From Eledone cirrhosa (Eukaryota): DNA of 64,000 nt. The stretch is from contig OZ024741.1 of assembly GCA_964016885.1 (NCBI GenBank), positions 251,534,001-251,598,000 of the forward strand, in the 5' to 3' direction. Under the pieces are notes generated by a model. The model did not search any database and was not told the DNA's origin. It saw nothing but the letters and a program-made list of their open reading frames with translations. Below are positions 27,001 through 39,343 of this stretch, in pieces. How positions within the stretch are numbered: the stretch's first letter is position 1; each line of letters starts with the position of its first letter. The translations under genes were made by a program, and so were the position numbers.

Positions 27001-27096
27001 AACATATTACAAATGTTTCTCGGGCGACCAGCTCGAGGCACGATCGATATGGTGATCACACCTGACTCCGAAATCAACATGGTCATCAGATATGTC
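27001..27096 (-). ncRNA. Type I hammerhead motif, 63-nt stem II domain
   Basis: gacatat CTGATGA ... GAAA catttg TA atatgtt c AATAAA: stem I 7 bp; base of stem II poorly paired. Confidence 0.55.
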
Positions 27097-27176
27097 CCGA
27101 TTCTACGAAGCAAATTGTCCTCCAACACCAATTATATATATATATATATATATAATTGTTTCTATTTTTGATATAT

Positions 27177-27786
27177 AATAATTGTTTCTACTTTAGGCAC
27201 AAGGCCAGCAATTACCCAGTGCATTACTGGTACTTTATTTTATCGACCCCGTAAGGATGAAAGGCAAAGTTAACCTCGGTGGGATTTGAACTCAGATCGT
27301 AAAGGGACGTAACTATGCTGGAAAGCATGGTGTCCGACCCTCTACCGATACTGCCAATCTACATAATAATGGTTTCTTATATAGGCACATGGCCAGCAAT
27401 TTTGGGGGAGGGGAAAGTATATTAAATCGATCCCAGTGCGTCACTGGTAGATTATTTTATCGACCCCGTAAGGATGAAAGACAAAGTTAACCCTGGCGGG
27501 ATTTAAACTCAGATCATAAAGGACCGTAATTCTATGCTGCAAAGCATAGCGTCCGAACCTCTACCAATGCTGCCAATCTGCTGTCCTATATATAATAATT
27601 GTTTCTACTTTAGGCACAAGGCCAGCAATTACCCAGTGCATTACTGGTACTTTATTTTATCGACCCCGTAAGGATGAAAGGCAAAGTTAACCTCGGCGGG
27701 ATTTGAACTCAGAATGGCAAGGGCCGTAACTCTATACGTCAAAGCATGGCATCCGACCCTCTACCGAGACTGCCAATTCACCGCCT
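27177..27786 (-). mobile_element. Three head-to-tail copies of the Nin/Deu-like SINE
   Basis: Repeated ...tggtactttattttatcgaccccgtaaggatgaaaggcaaagttaacctcggcgggatttgaactcaga... units. Confidence 0.85.
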
Positions 27787-28185
27787 TACTTTGAATAAAT
27801 AATGAATTAATATTACATAATTTGTCTACTAAATTTCGTGGCTGTTCATTAAATATATTTTATTATTTATTTAAAGATTCACTTTTTCAAATTTTCAAAT
27901 GTCAACACTTTCTGTGGTGATCGCTTAAATAAACATATTAATTTTCTGACACTAATTTTCTCCTAATGCAGTTTATATATAATATCATCTTTTTTTTAAT
28001 GTATCATTATGTTAGTGATTACATAAAACAGTGTAACACAGTCTCTCTTCAATTTCTGTGTATATTGTCAATTACGATTTTATTTGACATATCATATCTA
28101 CATGTATATATACTTGCGTATAATATCAATATACACACTACACATGCTAGCAGAAAAACCATCCGAAGGGTGGTTTTTCTGCTAG
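27786..28185 (+). mobile_element. Non-autonomous Helitron-like element (second copy)
   Basis: Reverse complement of 44832-45234; terminal hairpin ctagcagaaaaaccatcc-gaa-gggtggtttttctgctag|t. Confidence 0.55.
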
Positions 28186-28229
28186 TAATAGTAATAAACG
28201 AAAGATATATACTTTATATCATCTCTATT

Positions 28230-28307
28230 TATTTCATTATATATATTTCGATGATGTAAAGTTTTAGGTATAACATAAAGCAAAACATGTCCTCCTCAGA
28301 TAAAATA
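28230..28307 (-). ncRNA. Type I hammerhead motif (inverted copy)
   Basis: tattttat CTGAGGA ggacatgt...acatcatc GAAA tatata TA atgaaata. Confidence 0.6.
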
Positions 28308-28394
28308 CATAGAAAATGTATAATTTTTTCATGATATGCTGGTAGACAAACGAGCTGGACAGATTGGTGACCACCAAGCATATTATACATTATG

Positions 28395-28472
28395 TATTTT
28401 ATCTGAGGAGGACATGTTTTGCTTTATGTTATACATACAAATTTACATCTTCGAAATATATATAATGAAATA
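28395..28472 (+). ncRNA. Type I hammerhead motif
   Basis: tattttat CTGAGGA ggacatgt...acatcttc GAAA tatata TA atgaaata: stem I 8 bp. Confidence 0.65.
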
Positions 28473-28622
28473 ATTAGAGATGATATAAAGTATATATCTT
28501 TCTTTTATTACTATTATTATTATAATAATACTCTGGATAAATTTATACCATTGAGTGCTTGGCATCTGTTATATAAATAAGAATCAGTTGATTACAAATC
28601 AACTAACTTTTTTTTTCATTGG

Positions 28623-28674
<52 letters not shown>

Positions 28675-28713
28675 ATATTAAATAAATGGAAACTATATTT
28701 ATAAAACCATATT

Positions 28714-28777
28714 TATTTTTATTATATATATTTCAAGGGTACTAAGACACATTGGTACGCTTTCATCAGATAAAATA
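28714..28777 (-). ncRNA. Type I hammerhead motif (inverted copy)
   Basis: tattttat CTGATGA aagcgtac...gtaccctt GAAA tatata TA ataaaa. Confidence 0.7.
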
Positions 28778-28892
28778 CAAATTTTGTTTCATAAATAGAG
28801 ACATACCCATGAAAATCATACCTTATCGGTTGGAAATTCACCGATAAGGTATGATTTTCATGGGTATGTCTCTATTTATAAAACAAACTTTG

Positions 28893-28955
28893 TATTTTAT
28901 CTGATGAAAGCATATCAATGTGTCTTGGTACCTTTGAAATATATATAATAAAATA
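28893..28955 (+). ncRNA. Type I hammerhead motif
   Basis: tattttat CTGATGA aagcatatc...ggtaccttt GAAA tatata TA ataaaata: perfect 8-bp stem I. Confidence 0.7.
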
Positions 28956-29539
28956 AATATGGTTTTATAAATATAGTTTCCATTTATTTAATATCATTGA
29001 ATATATACTCCAGTACACTGTTGAGTGCTCTAAATCAGTTATAAACATTTATATTTGTTGGACTTCCAACAAATTAAATACCCCTTCTACTTATATATTT
29101 AAGTATGCTAGAGCGAGAAATAAAATTCTAATTTTATTTTTATATATATTGTATTCTTCCATGTATTGTGGACCCCTTTTTGGTCATAAAAATGCCTGGA
29201 AAAGCCTAGTTTTGGTGTATAACAGTTATGGTGTATAACCGTTATAGTGTATACCACACATCTCCAAAACAAACAAGGAAAAACTTGAAAAATTTGCATG
29301 ACATACATAGAAGACTATGGTATATATATATATATATATATATATTGGTTGGCCATTGATGTAAAAGGGAATTTGTTGCTACTGCCCTTATTTGTACTTC
29401 ATGTCATAGGTTCATCTGGGATCTTGGTTAACAGAATGTCAAGATGCTTCTTGGAAACATCTACATCCACACAATTTATATCATCATCATCATTATCATC
29501 ACTGTTTAACAGACCGATTTCCTTGAAATTGTAACTATG

Positions 29540-29914
29540 TTTTAGTCAGTCTCTTCTTCATACCGTAAGCAAAGAAAAAAGCAACTTCATACCGTAAGCA
29601 TTAGATGAAAAACGTCATTTTTTCAGCTTCTTAGGGCTTTTTGGAGGCGTTACGTCTAGCCGATTTTCCCGAAATTTCAAGGCATATTATGCACATAAAA
29701 AAATTCATTTTCTTGATCCCCTAGGGCCTGCATTAGGTGAAAACCTGCATTTTTCCTGCTTCATCGAGGAAAATCCTAAAGATTATCCAGCCATCAGAGT
29801 ATTCGGTTTATTTTCTTTATATATTGTCCAGGCATGCAGTTTTTCCACGATTAGGTCTGTTGGCGGCCCACGTTCCAGAATACCTTATCCCATGCAACGC
29901 CGGGTACCACTGCT

Positions 29915-29916
<2 letters not shown>
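29540..29916 (+). mobile_element. Helitron-type 3' terminus and adjacent fragment
   Basis: cccatgcaacgccgggtaccactgCTAG|T: GC-rich sub-terminal hairpin plus CTAG end. The 5' boundary is uncertain. Confidence 0.6.
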
Positions 29917-29949
<33 letters not shown>

Positions 29950-30391
29950 ATATATGTGTATATATATATATCCGAGTCAGGTTGTACTGGCAGTGATATA
30001 CATAGTAGTGTAGCTTGTGCTATAGGTAATGGTATAGCTAGAAGTATATGAAGTGGAATACATTGTGGTATAGGTAGGGCTGATGGGAAGGTGGAACAAT
30101 CAGGATTATATCAAACAATATGTATTTAACAAAAAAAAAAACTGTTGTGGATTTACTACATCATTTGTTGATGGTGGTGGTGGAGGTGGTAGAATTGGTG
30201 GTCGAGGTGGTATAGAATTGGTGGTGGAGGTGGGAGAGGGTAGTGGAGGTGGAGGTTAGGAGTGATGGAGGTGGTGGCTGAGAGGTGGATGATTGGGTAT
30301 ATATGGCAGTTGGGGGTGGGAGAGGATACGTTTGTGGTTGTTTTTAAGGATTTTGATTATATGACTGTTACTGTTGTTCTATTTGTTATTA

Positions 30392-30425
<34 letters not shown>

Positions 30426-30461
30426 TGTAGTAGTAGTAGCAGCAGCAGCAGCAGTAGTAGC

Positions 30462-30496
<35 letters not shown>

Positions 30497-30512
30497 CAGC
30501 AATAGTAATAGT

Positions 30513-30550
<38 letters not shown>

Positions 30551-30636
30551 TAGTAGTAGTTATACATGTTTTTCTGTTGAAGGTGTAGTTTTGGGTTATA
30601 ACTATTGCTTTTATTTTCTTGAAATTTCCTTATATC

Positions 30637-33600
30637 TGTTGTTATTGTTGTTGTTATTGTTGTTAGTCTTATTTTGTTGTTGTTATTGTTGTTACAGTTG
30701 CTTTTGTTGTTGTTAGTGTTGTTATTAGTATTGGTGTTGTTATAGTTGCTTTTGTTGTTGTTGTTATTGTTATTGTTGTTGTTATAGTTGCTTTTGTTGT
30801 TGTTAGTGTTGTTATTGTTACTGTTGTTGTTATAGTTGCGTTTGTTGTTGTTAGTGTTGTTATTGTCATTAGTGTTGTTATAGTTGCTTTTGTTGTTGTT
30901 AGTGTTATTATTATTGTTGTTGTCATAGTTGCTTTTGTTGTTGTTAGTGTTGTTATTGTTATTGTTGTTGTTATAGTTGCTTTTGTTATTGTTAGTGTTG
31001 TTATAGTTGCTTTTGTTGTTGTTAGTGTTGTTGTTGTTATTGTTATTGTTATTGTTGTTGTTTGTGTTGTTGTTATTGTTATTGTTGTTGTTATAGTTGT
31101 TGTTGTTGTTGTTAGTGTTGTTATTGTTATTAGTGTTGTTATAGTTGCTTTTGTTGTTGTTAGTGTTATTGTTATTGTTGTTGTTATAGTTGCTTTTGTT
31201 GTTGTTAGTGTTGTTATTGTTATTGTTGTTGTTATAGTTGCTTTTGTTGTTGTTAGTGTTATTATTGTTGTTGTTATAGTTGCTTTTGTTGTTGTTAGTG
31301 TTGTTATTGTTATTGTTGTTATTGTTGTTGTTTGCGTTCTTGCTGTTGGTACTGTTGTTATGATTATTAGTGTGGTATTGCTGTTACTGTAGTTGTTATA
31401 GCTACCTTAGCCATGTTGTTGTTGTTACTGTTGTTGTTATTGCCATTGTTATAGTTACCTTTGCTATGCTGTTGTTATTGTTGTTGTTATTGTTGTTGTT
31501 ATTGTTGTTGTTACTGTTGTTATTGTTGTTATTGTTGCTATTATTGTTGTTGTTGTTACTGTTGTTACTGTTGTTATTGTTGTTGTTGTTGTTGTTACTG
31601 CTGTTTCCATTCTCACTTCTGATTGTTCTTTTTAATGATGGAGATGTTGTGTGTGTGTATTAGTGTGTGTGTGTTTGTATGTGTGTGTGTGTTTGTGTGT
31701 GTTTGTGTGTGTTAGTGTGTGTTGTGGGTGTGTGTGCGTTTGTGTGTGCGTGTTTCTGTGTGTTTGTGTGTGTTAGTGTGTGTTTGTGTGTGTGTGTGTG
31801 TGGGTGCGTGTGTCTTTCTATGTGAGTTTGTGTGTGTGGCTGTGTGTTAGTTTGTGTGTGTGTGTATAGGGGGGGGAGGGGTAAAGAGAATTGGAGAGTG
31901 AGAGAGATAAAGAGAGTGTGTGTAACAGAAAAAGTGAGAGATGCACACACAGAGGGAGAGGAAAAGTGTGTATATGTGTGTGGGGGAGAGAGAGAGAGAG
32001 AGTAGTATATCATTTTCATAACCTTGAACAAGTACAGAAATATTACACACACATACATATACACACACACATACATATACACACACACTCACATATACAC
32101 ACACACACATATATATATATAATATATTTAATATCTAGTTATCTACCTATTTCTATTTCGCTCTTTGTGTGTGTGTATATATTATATATATATATACATA
32201 TATATGTATGTATATATATGTTAGTGTTGTTATTGTTATTGTTGTTGTTAGTGTTGTTGTTATTGTTATAGTTGCTTTTGTTGTTGTTAGTGTTGTTGTT
32301 ATAGTTGCTTTTGTTGTTGTTAGTGTTGTTGTTATAGTTGCTTTTGTTGTTGTTAGTGTTGTAGTTGTTATAGTTGCTTTTGTTGTTGTTAGTGTTGTTG
32401 TTATAGTTGCTTTTGTTGTTGTTAGTGTTGTTGTTGTTAGTGTTGTTGTTATAGCTGCTTTTTGTTGTTCTTAGTGTTGTTATTGTTATTGTTGTTATAG
32501 TTGCTTTTGTTATTGTTAGTGTTGTTATAGTTGCTTTTGTTGTTGTTAGTGTTGTTGTTGTTATTATTGTTATTGTTGTTGTTTGTGTTGTTGTTGTTAT
32601 TGTTATTGTTGTTGTTATAGTTGTTTTTGTTGTTGTTAGTGTTGTTATTGTTATTGTTGTTATTGTTGTTGTTTGTGTTGTTGTTATAGTTGCTTTTGTT
32701 GTTGTTAGTGTTGTTGTTGTTAGTGTTGTTGTTATAGCTGCTTTTGTTGTTGTTAGTGTTGTTATTGTTACTGTTGTTATAGTTGCTTTTGTTATCGTTA
32801 GTGTTGTTATTGTTATTGTTGTTGTTATAGTTGCTTTTGTTGTTGTTAGTGTTGTTATTGTTATTGTTGTTATTGTTGTTGTTTGTGTTGTTGTTATAGT
32901 TGCTTTTGTTGTTGTTAGTGTTGTTGTTGTTATTGTTGTTGTTATAGTTGCTTTTGTTGTTGTTAGTGTTGTTATTGTTATTGTTGTTGTTATAGTTGCT
33001 TTTGTTATTGTTATTGTTGTTGTTGTTAGTGTTGTTGTTATAGTTGCTTTTGTTGTTGTTAGTGTTGTTATTGTTGTTATAGTAGCTTTTGTTGTTGTTA
33101 GTGTTGTTATTGTTATTGTTGTTGTTATAGTTGCTTTTGTTGTTGTTAGTGTTGTTATTGTTGTTATAGTAGCTTTTGTTGTTGTTAGTGTTGTTATTGT
33201 TATTGTTGTTATTGTTGTTGTTTGTGTTGCTGTTAGTGTTGTTATTGTTATTGTTGTTGTTATAGTTGCTTTTGTTATTGTTAGTGTTGTTATAGTTGCT
33301 TTTGTTGTTGTTAGTGTTGTTGTTGTTAGTGTTGTTGTTATAGCTGCTTTTGTTGTTGTTAGTGTTGTTATTGTTATTGTTGTTGTTATAGTTGCTTTTG
33401 TTGTTGTTAGTGTTGTTATTGTTATTGTTGTTATTGTTGTTGTTTGTGTTGCTGTTAGTGTTGTTATTGTTATTGTTGTTGTTATACTTGCTTTTGTTGT
33501 TGCTAGTGTTGTTATAGTTGTTTTGTTGTTGTTAGTGTTGTTATAGTTGCTTTTGTTGTTGTTAGTGTTGTTATTGTTATTGTTGTTATTGTTGTTGTTT

Positions 33601-33705
33601 GTGTTGTTGTTAGTGTTGTTATTGTTATTGTTGTTGTTATACTTGCGTTTGTTGTTGTTACTGTTGTTATTGTTATTGGTGTTGTTATAATTGCTTTTGT
33701 TGTTG
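30637..33705. repeat. (GTT)-based compound minisatellite
   Basis: Repeated gttatagttgcttttgttgttgttagtgtt units, split by GT/TA tracts. Confidence 0.9.
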
Positions 33706-33706
33706 T

Positions 33707-33761
<55 letters not shown>

Positions 33762-34993
33762 CACACACATATATATATATGTGTGTGTGCATGCGAGTGT
33801 GTGTATGTGTGTGTAGGTAAATAAATAGATAATTAGATAAAGATAGATAGACAGAGAGATAGATAAATAAATAGATAACCAGATAGATTGTTAGATAGAC
33901 AGATAGATCAACAGATAGGTAGATAGGTAGATAGATAGATAGATCGATAGATAGATAGATAGATAGATATGTAGAAAATACCCCCCTACTCGCTCCCACC
34001 TCAATAGTTATCTGTTGCTGCTGTGTTTCAGTCTGTGATTTAGAAAAATTAAAATCTACAAAGGCAGAGTTTGGGTGAGGGATGAGGAAGAGATTGTGGT
34101 GGTGGTGATGGTAGTGGTAGTAGTGGTGGTAGTGGTGTTTTAGTGGTGGCTGTGGTGCTAGTGGCGTTTTAGTGGTGGTAGTGGTGGTAGTAGTGTTTTA
34201 GTGGTGGTAGTGGTGTTTTAGTGGTGGTAGTGGTGGTAGTGGTGTTTTAGTGGTGGTAGTGGTGGAGACAGTGATGGTGGTTGTGTTGGTGGTGATTGTG
34301 GTGGTGGTGGTGGTTGTAGTGGTGGTGGTTGTAGTGGTGGTGGTGGTGATGGTGGTTGTGTTGGTGTTGCGTTGGTGGTGGTTGTTGTGGTGGTGGTGGG
34401 GATGATGGTTGCGTTGGTGGTGGTTGTTGTTGTTGTTGTGGTGGTGGTGGTTGTAGTGGTGGTGGTGGTGGTGGTGGTTGTGTTGGTGTTGCGTTGGTGG
34501 TGGTTGTTGTGGTGGTGGTGGGGATGATGGTTGCGTTGGTGGTGGTTGTTGTTGTTGTTGTGGTGGTGGTGGTTGCATGGTGGTGGTTGTTGTTGTTATT
34601 GTGGTTGTGGTGGTGGTTGTGGTGGCTGTAGTGGTGGCGGCAGTGATGGTGGTGGTGGTTGTAGTGGTTGTGGTGGTGGTGGAAGTAGAAGGTAGGTAGG
34701 GATGACATTCTCTAACAACCCAGTATTAAATGGAATTATCTTCTTGAGCGAGTTTCTCATTTTTTAACTCCTTTCTCTGCATTCCCATTTCTCCATGTAT
34801 GTGGGAATACATACATACATAGGTGTGTGTGTGCGTGTGTGGATGTGTATCTATGCTTGTGTATGTATATGTATGTGTGTATGGATGTGTGCCTTCAAGC
34901 ATGTGTCTGTAGGTGTAGGTTTCTGTGTATCTGTATGTGTGGGTGTGTGTATGTATAGTTTCATTTGATGTAAAGGTAAAGAGAAAAAATAGC

Positions 34994-35054
<61 letters not shown>

Positions 35055-35153
35055 ATAGCAGAGAGAGAGAGAGGGGGGGGGGACGAGAAAAGAGGGAAAA
35101 GGCTTTTATTGATCTGATTTGTGACGTCAAAGTCGAAATAGTGACATAGTACA

Positions 35154-36650
35154 GTGGTAGTAGAGGTTATCGTAGTAGGGGTTGTAGTAGTTATGGTTAT
35201 AGTAGTAGGGGTTGTAGTAGTAGTGGTTATAGTAGTAGGGGTTGTAGTAATAGTGGTAGTCTTTAGAGCAGTAGAGTTTGTGGTAGTAGAGGTTATAGTA
35301 GTAGGGGTTGTAGTAATAGTGGTAGTCTTTAGAGCAGTAGAGTTTGTGGTAGTAGAGGTTATAGTAGTAGAGGTTGTGGTAGTATAGGTTATAGTAGTAG
35401 TGGTTATATAGTAGGGGTTGTAGTAGTAGTGGTAGTGTTTAGAGAAGTAGAGGTTATGGTAGTTGTGGTTATATAGTAGGGGTTGTAGTAGTAGTGGTAG
35501 TGTTTAGAGAAGTAGAGGTTATGGTAGTAGAGGTTGTGGTAGTATAGGTTATAGTAGTAGAGGTTGTAGTAGTAGAGGTTATAGTAGTAGTGGTTATAGT
35601 AGTAGGGGCTGTAGTAATAGTGGTAGTGTTTAGAGGAGTAGAGGTTATAGTAGTAGGGGTTGTAGTAGTAGTGGTAGTCTTTGGAGCAGTAGAGGTTGCG
35701 GTAGTTGTGGTTATAGTAGTAGAGGTTGTAGTAGTAGTGGTTGGAGGAGTAGAAGTTGTGGTAGTAGTGGTTATAGTAGTAGAGGTTGTGGTAGTAGAGG
35801 TTATAGGAGTAGGGGTTGTAGTAGTAGAGGTTATAGTAGTAGGGGTTGTAGTAGTAGTGGTAGTGTTTGGAGGAGTAGAGGTTTTGGTAGTAGTGGTTAT
35901 AGTAGTAGGGGTTGTAGTAGTAGAGGTTATAGTAGTAGGGGTTGTAGTAGTAGTGGTAGTCTTTGGAGCAGTATAGGTTGTGGTAGTAGTGTTTATAGTG
36001 TTAGGGGTTGTAGTAGTAGTGGTTGGTGCAGTAGAGGTAGTGGTAGTAGAGGTTGTGGTAGTAGTAGTTGTAGTCTTTAGAGTAATGATTGTAGCTGTAG
36101 TGGTTGTAGTACTAGCTGTAGTGGTTGTAGTAGCAGCAGTTGGAGTAGTAGAGGTTATAGTAGTGGTGATCATAGTAATGGTGGATGTAGTAGTGATGGT
36201 TGTAATAGTGGTGGTCGTAGCAGTTGTAGTTATAGCAGTGGTGGTTGCAGCAGTGGTGGTTGTAGTAGTTGGAGCAGTGGTGGTTATAGTAGTGATGGTT
36301 GTAGTAGAGGTGGTTATAGTAGTAGAGGTAGTAGGAGTAGTAGTGGTGGTGGTGGTAGTAGTAGTGGTGGTGGTAGTAGTAATGGTGATGGTAGTAGGAG
36401 TAGTGGTGGTAGTAGCAGTGGTGGTTATAGTAGTGATGGTTGTAGTAGAGGTGGTTATAGTAGTGTTGGTTATAGTGCTAGAAGTTATATTAGCAGAGTG
36501 TATCGTCGTAGAGGTTGTAGCAGCAGTAATGGTTGTTGCAGTAGTGGTTGTAGTAGTGGTGGCTGTAGTTGTGGTAGTTATATTAGTAGTGGTTGTAGTA
36601 GTGGTGGTTGTAGTAGTGGTGATTGTAATATTAGTAGTAGTTGTAACATA
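35154..36650. repeat. (GTA/GGT)-based compound minisatellite
   Basis: Repeated gttatagtagtaggggttgtagtag units. Confidence 0.9.
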
Positions 36651-36776
36651 GTGGTCTGACAAAAAGTAATCAATAAAATATATGCCAAATTGAAAAACTA
36701 AGCTCTAGGGCCCCGATATTATCAACCAAATCCTTTTAAGACAGTACTCCAGCATGGCCACAGTCTAATGACTTAA

Positions 36777-36996
36777 CCCTTTAATGTTCAAACAGGCCAA
36801 AACCAGCCAGAATTCTCTACCTGTTTCTGTTGAAACTGGCTGTAACTGGTCGCTCAAAGTGATGTTAAGGTATTGTTGTCAAAATAAATACTTTGAAAAT
36901 CTCATAGATTCGATATTATGTGAGATAATTATGTGAGGTAAAGCCTTTACCACAAAAATACAATAGTGTACATAGAGTAATATGAATGCTAAAGGG
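36777..36996. mobile_element. piggyBac-type MITE
   Basis: TTAA TSDs at 36773 and 36997; CCCTTTA TIRs. Confidence 0.85.
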
Positions 36997-37116
36997 TTAA
37001 ACCAGTAACAGAATATATGTGTGTGTATATATATATATTCTGTTACTGGTTTAACCCTTTAGCATTCATATTACTCTATGTACATATTACTCTATGTACA
37101 TATTACTCTATGTACA

Positions 37117-37770
37117 GGTGATGCGTTGTGTTCTTGAGCAAGACACTTTATTTCATGTTGTCCCAGTTTACTCAACTGTAGAAATGAGTTGAGACATCAC
37201 TGGTGCCAAGCTGTATTGATCATTGCCTTTTCCTAGGACAACATCGGTGGTGTAGAGAGGGGAGACTGGTATATATGGCCGACTGCTGGTCTTCCACAAA
37301 CAACCTTGTCTACACATGTACCTCGGAGATGAACTTTCTAGGTGCAAATCCCATGGTCATTTGTGACCAAAGGGAGTCTTTGCCCTTTATATATATGCCA
37401 ACCAGATACCTGATTACCTACCAATAAATATATATATATATATCCCATATCACAAATGACCATGGGATTTGCACCTAGAAAGTTCATCTCCGAGGTACAT
37501 GTGCAGACAAGGTTGTTTGTGGAAGACCAGCAGTTGGCCATATATACCAGTCTCCCCTCTCTACACCACCGATGTTGTCCACGAGAAAGGCAATGACCAA
37601 TACAGCTTGGCACCAGTGATGTCTCAACTCATTTCTACAGTTGAGTAAACTGGGACAACATGAAATAAAGTGTCTTGCTTAAGAACACAATGCATCACCT
37701 GGTCCCAGATGGATCACACAACCTCACAATTGTGAATCTGACACACTTACCACTAAAACACACACCTTCA
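37117..37770. mobile_element. Inverted pair of SINE copies
   Basis: Arms 37117-37366 and 37450-37699 are near-identical reverse complements. Confidence 0.85.
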
Positions 37771-37893
37771 CACACACACATACACACTCTTCCTGCTATA
37801 TCAAGTGTTAACCTAATATATCGCTTCCATATACTGTACCGATTGTGTTGTTATTTCTGTTTACCTTTTACATATATATATATATATATATAT

Positions 37894-38286
37894 TTATACT
37901 TTGGGAGGGTCATGTTGCCAATAAGAAACACACGCACCAGTTGCATTCACTCCAATTTATTATAAATTAAATTATAAATTTAAAAATTTATAAATTTCCG
38001 CTTGGTTGGTTGGTTGGTTCCACAACCGGACGGTTGTTCATATATTGTCAAAGTTCTTTCATCACACATTCTGTGACCTCTTCAGTGACTGGGGATTCTT
38101 TTCTTTGTTTTGTGCAGAATGTGTGACGAAAGAACTTTGACAATATATGAACAACCGTCCAGTTGTGGAACCAACCAACCGGAAATTTATAAATTTTTAA
38201 ATTTATAATTTAATTTATAATAAATTGGAGTGAAAGCAGCTGGTGCGTGTGTTTCTTATTGGCAACATGACCCTCCCAAAGTATAA
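37894..38286. repeat. Fold-back inverted repeat, arms about 180 bp
   Basis: 37894-38073 mirrors 38115-38286; starts at a (TA)n tract. Confidence 0.9.
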
Positions 38287-38581
38287 CAATATCGGTTTCA
38301 ACACACGTTTTCAGATAAAGAATCTTGCTAAACAAATTCAGAAACGAAATATATATATAGTGTTTATAATAACATTTAAGGAATTTCACCAGTCCAACCT
38401 CCTGTCATTTTACTCAATAATAATTAACTCCGTTCTCGCACCACCAACAAGATTCAACATAAACGAAGATGGGTGAGGTGCATTACGTCGAGTGCTTTTC
38501 CTAATATTACATCATGGTTGACTATACAGCATGACCAGTTCTAACCAGTGGTGAACCAACAAACCTAAATGTATATATATA

Positions 38582-39020
38582 CATCATCATCATCATTTTA
38601 CGTCCACTTTTTCCCTGCTTGCAAGGGTGGGACGGGAACTGATTCTGGCTAGATTTCTACAGTTGGATGCCCTTCCTAACACCAACCTCATTTACAGTGA
38701 GTGCTGGGTGCTTTTTTTCCGTGGCGCCTACACGTCCACTTTACAGTGTGGGCTGGGTGCTTTTTTGCCGTGGCACCTCCACAACCACTTTACAGTTTGG
38801 GCTGGGTGCTTTTTTTGCCGTGGCACCTCCACGACCACTTTGCAGTGGAATGATAGGGACCCCAGTCCCTATCATCTCATTTCTACAGCTGAGTAAACTG
38901 GAGCAATGTGAAATAAAGTGTCTTGCTCAAGGAAACAACACATATCCTGGTCTGAGAATTGAACTCACAACCTTTCGATTGCAAGGCCAATGCTCTAACC
39001 ACTAAGCCATGTGCCTCCAT
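38582..39020 (-). mobile_element. Composite SINE (tRNA head + LINE-like 3' tail ending in (GAT)n)
   Basis: Near-identical reverse-complement copy at 42470-42818; related tail at 105-242. Confidence 0.8.
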
Positions 39021-39183
39021 TATATATATATATATATAACCAAATAAGGAAATATATACATATGTATATATATCTCTTTACTGTAGAGAAAGAGCTATAT
39101 ATCGCACAAGAAACATGGTATATTGTATATATACTAAATACATATTCAATAGAAGAATATGTACACAGGTGGAATCGTAAGTG

Positions 39184-39343
39184 AAACCTTATAGCGCTAT
39201 TTCATACCTGGAGAGTATGGCTAAAAATCGATCTATGTAATCGATCATCAAAAAAAAAAAAATCAACCAATATATTCGATCATCGGAAACAAACTATCAA
39301 TTATGATTAAACCACATGAGACTCAGGTACTCATCAGAGGTTT
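39184..39343 (-). ncRNA. Type I hammerhead motif with 127-nt stem II domain
   Basis: aaacct CTGATGA gtacctg...caggtat GAAA tagcgcta TA aggttt: stem I 6 bp, stem II base 7 bp, palindrome ATAGCGCTAT. Confidence 0.75.
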
